Positions 59,152 to 64,000 of a stretch of DNA of 64,000 nt are shown here, one piece after another (position 1 is the stretch's first letter; every line of letters begins with the position of its first letter). Position numbers and translations under genes: made by a program. The stretch is from Planctomycetota bacterium (GTDB taxonomy: Bacteria > Planctomycetota > JAJSAM01 > JAJVHW01). The notes under the pieces are model-generated. The model saw nothing but the letters and a program-made list of their open reading frames with translations. It searched no databases and had not been told where the DNA came from. The DNA lies in assembly GCA_965248445.1 (NCBI GenBank), contig CBDFJG010000004.1, positions 1,664,001 to 1,728,000 of the forward strand, written 5' to 3'.

Positions 59152-59207
59152 GCCCACGATCCTACTGTGGGGCTCCGATGCTCCCGAGACGCGTAACATG
59201 GCGCGCG

Positions 59208-59948
59208 ATGGCCGAGGCCCCCTGGTCGGGGCGTGGAGAACTCGGGGGAGGGCCAGTGAAGATCAGAGTGTCCGTCCCCGGCGTGAGGGCGCTGCCCTAC
59301 CTCGTGCCGTTCGTCCTGTTCGTCACGCTGCCGCTCCTGGGCAATGTGATCCCGCCAGAAGGCGCGCCGTGGCTCGATCCGGTCCGCGTGGCCCTCGCCG
59401 GCGCGTCGCTCATCTTCTTCGCCTCCCGCGCGAAGTACCCGGAACTGGCCCGCGCGAAGCCCGCCGGCGGCGCCTCCCGCCCGCTGGCACTCGGGGTCGC
59501 CGTCGGCGCCGGGCTCGTCTGCGGCCTGGCGTGGGTCCCGCTCGCCGAGGCCGTCCCGATGATCGGCGGGCGCGGGGGCTTCGACCCGGACGCACCGGGA
59601 TTCGCGATCCGTCTGGCCCTTCGCCTGGCCGGCACGCTCGCCGTCGTCCCGGTGATGGAGGAATTGCTCGTGCGCTCGTTCGTGCCGCGGATTGTGGACT
59701 CAAGCGGCGGCGGTGCCCCGTGGCACGAGCGCTCGGTGGGCCGATTCACTGTGCTCTCGTTCGCCGTCTCCGTCGCGTTCTTCACTCTGTCGCACTCCGA
59801 GTGGTTGGCTGCGCTCGTGACAGGTATCGTCTACACGGCGTTGCTCATGTGGACGCACCGCATCCGCGACGCCGTCATCGCGCACGCCGTGAGCAACGCG
59901 GTTCTCGCGGGCTGGGTGATCACGCGCGAGGAGTGGCATTGGTGGTAG
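59208..59948 (+). CDS. CPBP (CAAX prenyl protease-related) intramembrane metalloprotease
   Basis: EELLVR, FTLSH and HAVSN motifs; multi-TM. Start may be GTG 59256. Confidence 0.88.
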   Translation: MAEAPWSGRGELGGGPVKIRVSVPGVRALPYLVPFVLFVTLPLLGNVIPPEGAPWLDPVRVALAGASLIFFASRAKYPELARAKPAGGASRPLALGVAVGAGLVCGLAWVPLAEAVPMIGGRGGFDPDAPGFAIRLALRLAGTLAVVPVMEELLVRSFVPRIVDSSGGGAPWHERSVGRFTVLSFAVSVAFFTLSHSEWLAALVTGIVYTALLMWTHRIRDAVIAHAVSNAVLAGWVITREEWHWW

Positions 59949-59995
59949 ACGAAGCTCCCCCGCCGGTTCGCGCGCCCGAGCCCGACGTGATCACG

Positions 59996-60448
59996 ATGTC
60001 CACTCCGGTGGAGCGCAAGGGCGCGCGCTGGCGCGTCGCGATCTACGGCGGCCTCATTGCGGTGGCGACAGTGATCGCGTTCTTCGTGTCCCTGCCGGGT
60101 GTGTCGCTCTGCGCGTTCCAGGCCTTCTTCAGCCGGCCGTGTCCAGGTTGCGGGATGACGCGCTCGGTTGTGAACCTCGCACAGGGAGACGTGCTGACGT
60201 CACTGCGTCTCCACCCGCTCGGCATCGTGCTCGGCGTCGGGCTCGTCGCGTCGTTCTTCTCCGCGACCTACGGGTCGATCCGCGGCCGGGATCCCGCGTG
60301 GCGGTTCCTGAACGTCCATGGCGCCAGGGCGTCGATCCTGTTCCTCGTCGCGCTGATCGGGATCTGGATCGTCCGCGCGTTCATCGTCACGGACTGGTCG
60401 CCGAACGAGATCCATCGTCCGTTCTGGACTCAGTTCTCAGATCGCTGA
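59996..60448 (+). CDS. DUF2752-family membrane protein
   Basis: CAFQAFFSRPCPGCGMTRS...HPLG; 3 TM. Confidence 0.88.
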   Translation: MSTPVERKGARWRVAIYGGLIAVATVIAFFVSLPGVSLCAFQAFFSRPCPGCGMTRSVVNLAQGDVLTSLRLHPLGIVLGVGLVASFFSATYGSIRGRDPAWRFLNVHGARASILFLVALIGIWIVRAFIVTDWSPNEIHRPFWTQFSDR

Positions 60449-60541
60449 GCCGCCCCACCCGGGACTTCGTGTGGGCAGACTCTTGTAGTCTGGAGCGTGG
60501 CACTTCACTCGCAGCGCGAATGTGCACGACGGAGAGGCTCC

Positions 60542-60694
60542 ATGTCCGAACAGGTCCCTGACTCGAAGCCGCGCGAACGTCCCGAGCCGGTACGAAAGCG
60601 CGAACCGTCATGGCTCGAGAAGCTGCGACGGAAGCTCGAGACCAAGCCGCAGCGGGTCAAGCGGGAAGACCCGAGCGTGTACCCGCTGCACTGA
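60542..60694 (+). CDS. 50-aa basic peptide ending DPSVYPLH
   Basis: GGAGAGG before ATG 60542; GC-rich third positions; stop 8 nt before the next ATG. Confidence 0.7.
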   Translation: MSEQVPDSKPRERPEPVRKREPSWLEKLRRKLETKPQRVKREDPSVYPLH

Positions 60695-60702
60695 GCGCAC
60701 CG

Positions 60703-61650
60703 ATGTCAAGTGCACCGATGTCCGAGCCTGACTCGACTGTCCCGAGCGCCGCGATGCTCCAGCCCTATTCGATGCTCCAGCCCTACTCCGGGAACAGGAC
60801 GCGCGAGCACCTCGGAGACGCAGGACCGCCTCACGCCACGGCACGCTATGGCAGGGACGAAAGCGGGACGAAGCAGTACCGTTTCAACACACTCGGGTTC
60901 CGAGGCGAGGAGCACGACCCTGCCGCCAAGTTCACGATCTTCGTCTGCGGTTGCAGCGACGCGCTCGGCACCGGCTTGAATGTCGACGAGACGTGGGCGC
61001 ACAGGCTGAAGCTGGCCTACGCGACGCGCCACGGACATGCGCCCGACGACGTGAACGTGTTGAACTTCTCGCAAGGTGCCGCGTCGAACGATTACATCGT
61101 CAGGACGCTCCTCGCGCAGTGCGCCGACGTGCAACCGGATCTGGTGGTGGCGCAGTTCAGTCCGATCAACCGGGCCGAGGGATTCGTGGGAGGGGTTCCC
61201 TTCTCAATCGGCCCGTGGCTCTGGCCGGGCGGTTCGCTTTGGTGGCGCATCGCGCGTACCCCGTGGCGGCAGCTGCGCGCGGTCCTGGCGCGAGTTCGGA
61301 AGGCGCGGCACTACTCGAAGTACTACACGCGCGAAATGGGACTCGCGAACGCACTCCGCAACATCCTGCTCACGCAGTTCTTCTGCCGATCACGAGGCAT
61401 CGAGTGCGTGATCAGCTGGTCGGACCACCGGCGATTGGGAGACCCCGCGTCGCTGGCTCAGCCGGTGCTCGCTCCGCTCATCCGGTTGGTGGACCGTAGC
61501 TGCGTCTGCGACTTCGCCATCCGTGACCCGGACGTCTGCACCGACGTCGCGGCGGACGGCTGCCACGCGGGACCGGACTCGCACGAGGCGTTCGCACACC
61601 GGCTACTCGACTTCCTGGGCACGAAGCGGAGGGTCCCACCGTCGCCGTGA
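60703..61650 (+). CDS. SGNH/GDSL-like hydrolase
   Basis: FNTLGFRG, GCS block I, NFSQGAASND, C-terminal DGCH. Confidence 0.8.
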   Translation: MSSAPMSEPDSTVPSAAMLQPYSMLQPYSGNRTREHLGDAGPPHATARYGRDESGTKQYRFNTLGFRGEEHDPAAKFTIFVCGCSDALGTGLNVDETWAHRLKLAYATRHGHAPDDVNVLNFSQGAASNDYIVRTLLAQCADVQPDLVVAQFSPINRAEGFVGGVPFSIGPWLWPGGSLWWRIARTPWRQLRAVLARVRKARHYSKYYTREMGLANALRNILLTQFFCRSRGIECVISWSDHRRLGDPASLAQPVLAPLIRLVDRSCVCDFAIRDPDVCTDVAADGCHAGPDSHEAFAHRLLDFLGTKRRVPPSP

Positions 61651-62504
61651 CTCTTCCCGCGAGTGAGCAGATAGCGCAGCGAGTGCGTGCGTTCTACGAG
61701 GCCGCGCCGTTCAACTGCTCTGCCTCGACGGCGGAGGCGGCCGAGCGAGTACGACTCGGTACACTCGAGAGCGTCCACCCCGACGTCCATGAACTGCTGC
61801 GGTCGGGCGAGGTGCGTTCCGTGCTGGAGTTCGGATGCGGCACCGGCTGGCTCGCGAGCACGATTGCGCACCGCTACTCGATCCCTGTCACCGGCGTGGA
61901 CTTCGCGGCGCCCGCGATCCGTCGGTCCCATGAGCGTGCGAAGGCGCTCGGTGTCGGCGGCCTTACGCGTTTCGAGTTGGCGGACCTCTTCACCTACCGT
62001 GCCGGGGGGCAGTTCGATCTCGTGGTCACCGAGGGCGTTCTGCATCACACGTACAGCGCACGAGAGGCGTTTGCGCGCGTGCGAGAGTTCGTGGCTCCGG
62101 GGAAGTACCTCCACCTGGGTCTCTATCACCGCTACGGCCGGGCGCCCTTCCGCGACCACCTGCGCCAGATCCTGGAGCGCGCCGGAGAGGAGGCTGCGTT
62201 CCGCGAGTACAGCGCACTCGACTCGATGCGTCGAGGGGACGCGGTTCAGCTCCGATCGTGGTTCCGTGACCAGGTGCTGCACCCGCACGAGAGCTCTCAC
62301 ACCCTTCGAGAGGTCACCGAGTGGCTCTCGGACGCGAACTGCGAACTCGTGACCACCAGCTTGAACGGATTCCGTGAGTTCGAGCGCCTCGACGGGCTGT
62401 TCGCGCTGGAGGAGCGCTGCGGCGAGTTCGCCCGAGAGGCGACCCACGTCACCCGTCGCTACTACCCGGGCTTCTTCACGGTGCTCGCGCAGGGCTGGGA
62501 GTAG
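61647..62504 (+). CDS. Class I SAM-dependent methyltransferase
   Basis: VLEFGCGTG, GVD, FDLVVTEGVLHH, WFRDQVLHPHE. Confidence 0.92.
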   Translation: MTLPASEQIAQRVRAFYEAAPFNCSASTAEAAERVRLGTLESVHPDVHELLRSGEVRSVLEFGCGTGWLASTIAHRYSIPVTGVDFAAPAIRRSHERAKALGVGGLTRFELADLFTYRAGGQFDLVVTEGVLHHTYSAREAFARVREFVAPGKYLHLGLYHRYGRAPFRDHLRQILERAGEEAAFREYSALDSMRRGDAVQLRSWFRDQVLHPHESSHTLREVTEWLSDANCELVTTSLNGFREFERLDGLFALEERCGEFAREATHVTRRYYPGFFTVLAQGWE

Positions 62505-62512
62505 CCGGCGTC

Positions 62513-63799
62513 GTGGACTGGCGCGCACGGTGGTACCCGGTCTCCCTGGTCGAGGATCTGCCGCGGGACCGGCCCCATGGGTTCTCGATCCACGGAGAGT
62601 CGCGCGTGCTGTTCACGGACCGTGAGGGACGGGTCTCGTGCCTGGCCGATCGATGCCCGCACCGCTCCGCGCGGCTTTCGGACGGCCGACTCGTGGATGG
62701 GGGGATCGAGTGCGGATATCACGGCTGGCAGTTCGACGCCGGCGGCACGTGCCTGCGCATCCCGCAGTTGCCGGACGGACACGAGATCCCCGAGAGGGCG
62801 CGCGCCCGGTCCTACGCCGTCGTGGAGCGCCAGGGAATCGCCTGGGTCTGGGGCGGCGGAGAACCGGGTCCCGATGAGGGCGACATTCCCGTGCTCGAGG
62901 AGCTCGACCGGCCGGAAACCGTCAGCATCGACTTCATGATGGACCTGCCGTACGGCCAGGCGGCGCTGATCGAGAACGTGATCGACATCGCCCACATCCA
63001 CATCGCGCACGACGGTGTGCGCGGCGGCGGCCGGCGCGAACTCGCCAGGCCGCTCGAATTCGAGGTTCTCGAGAACTCGGCCACGCGCATCCGGAGCCGC
63101 TTCCGCTCCAAGGGGATCGAGGGTGTGCACGGACTACCGCAACTGCGCGGAGCAGTCATCGAGTTCGTGGCCCCGAACCTCGTGAAGCACGAGTCGATCT
63201 ACGAGGATCCCCGGCGCTGGTCGGGGCTGGCCCTCTACTCGCTCCCGCTCGAACGCAACCGATGCCGGCTCATTTACCGCGCGTACAGCAACTTCTGGTC
63301 GTGGAAGGACCGCTGGAAGCCGCGTGCGTTGCAGCACTGGACGCAGTGCACGATTCTGGAGCAGGACATGCAGGTCGTAATCGGTCAGGTCGCGGAACTC
63401 GACCGGTCCGAGAGAGGACTGGAAGACACGTGGCTGCCCATCAAGTCGAGCGATGCGCTGGCGCTCCTGTATCGCAAGTGGCTCGACGCACACGGCACGC
63501 CCTCGGCCGGTCACCGACCGTTCTCGTCCTCGGCCACCGGCGTTTCGGACCCGGAGGTCGAAACGACCGCATCTGCACCGAGCCGATTCGAGCTGCATAC
63601 GCGGATCTGCAAGTCCTGCAGCAGCGCCCACGCTCTGCTGAGGCGGTGCGCGGCCATGCTTGCCGGCGGCACCGTCGCCCTGCTCGCGCTGGGCGTTCTC
63701 CGCGGACGCTCACGGCTGACCACCGCGCTCGTGGTGGCCGCCCTCCTGACGGCTCTCGGCGCCGTGGCGGCGCGAAGGGCTCGAGCGCGCTTCGAATGA
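62513..63799 (+). CDS. Rieske non-heme iron oxygenase, pheophorbide a oxygenase (PAO/Tic55)-like
   Basis: CPHR...CGYHGW Rieske motif, ENVIDIAHIHIAH mononuclear Fe motif, HTRICKSC, two C-terminal TM helices. Confidence 0.88.
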   Translation: MDWRARWYPVSLVEDLPRDRPHGFSIHGESRVLFTDREGRVSCLADRCPHRSARLSDGRLVDGGIECGYHGWQFDAGGTCLRIPQLPDGHEIPERARARSYAVVERQGIAWVWGGGEPGPDEGDIPVLEELDRPETVSIDFMMDLPYGQAALIENVIDIAHIHIAHDGVRGGGRRELARPLEFEVLENSATRIRSRFRSKGIEGVHGLPQLRGAVIEFVAPNLVKHESIYEDPRRWSGLALYSLPLERNRCRLIYRAYSNFWSWKDRWKPRALQHWTQCTILEQDMQVVIGQVAELDRSERGLEDTWLPIKSSDALALLYRKWLDAHGTPSAGHRPFSSSATGVSDPEVETTASAPSRFELHTRICKSCSSAHALLRRCAAMLAGGTVALLALGVLRGRSRLTTALVVAALLTALGAVAARRARARFE

Positions 63800-63824
63800 G
63801 GGGCCGAACCCCACCCCGCGGGGC

Positions 63825-64000
63825 TCAGCGCCTTCGGCGGGTCGCCTTACGGCCGTTGCGCCGGCTGCTCTTGAGCTTCGAGTGGATCCCCTCGTATGCA
63901 CGCAGCATCGCGCCGGCGTTTGCGTAACGCTTGCGCTGATCCACTTCGAGCGCGCGCCGCAAGAACGTCACGAGCCGCGGCGACACCTTCGTGCGCAACT
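63825..64000 (-). CDS. C-terminus of a probable Ser/Thr protein kinase (partial)
   Basis: ...VSPRLVTFLRRALEVDQRKRYANAGAML...RRRR* resembles kinase subdomain XI. Confidence 0.55.
   Translation of the reverse strand, partial: LRTKVSPRLVTFLRRALEVDQRKRYANAGAMLRAYEGIHSKLKSSRRNGRKATRRRR

Overview
High-GC bacterial chromosome window. The gene content (MoxR/DUF58/BatA/vWA/PQQ/prenyltransferase-repeat cluster, many exported HEAT/TPR proteins) suggests Planctomycetota; this is inference only. Four zones: (1) 1-2.9 kb: M48 lipoprotein peptidase, tRNA-Leu(UAA) with a duplicated 3' end, and small membrane-protein genes. (2) ~2.9-24.0 kb: decayed accessory mosaic with two inverted IS3-family copies that flipped a 186-bp spacer and split a small gene, an IS66 remnant, an intact IS1380, a truncated FG-GAP gene, a secreted beta-helix gene, a multiply inactivated HK97-type prophage packaging/head module, an orphan IS1380 end and a second type of IS3. 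(3) 24.1-48.2 kb: ~24-kb MoxR-vWA envelope cluster whose two halves each end in an exported prenyltransferase-repeat paralogue, with an ECF sigma/anti-sigma pair between them. (4) 48.4-64 kb: orphan larE, a run of exported HEAT/TPR/Gly-rich proteins (one a HEAT + degenerate alpha/beta-hydrolase fusion), peptidases, and a locus of 50-aa peptide + SGNH hydrolase + SAM methyltransferase + PAO-like Rieske oxygenase. Family calls come from motif recognition by eye; no database searches were run. Some start codons were re-chosen relative to the ORF track.
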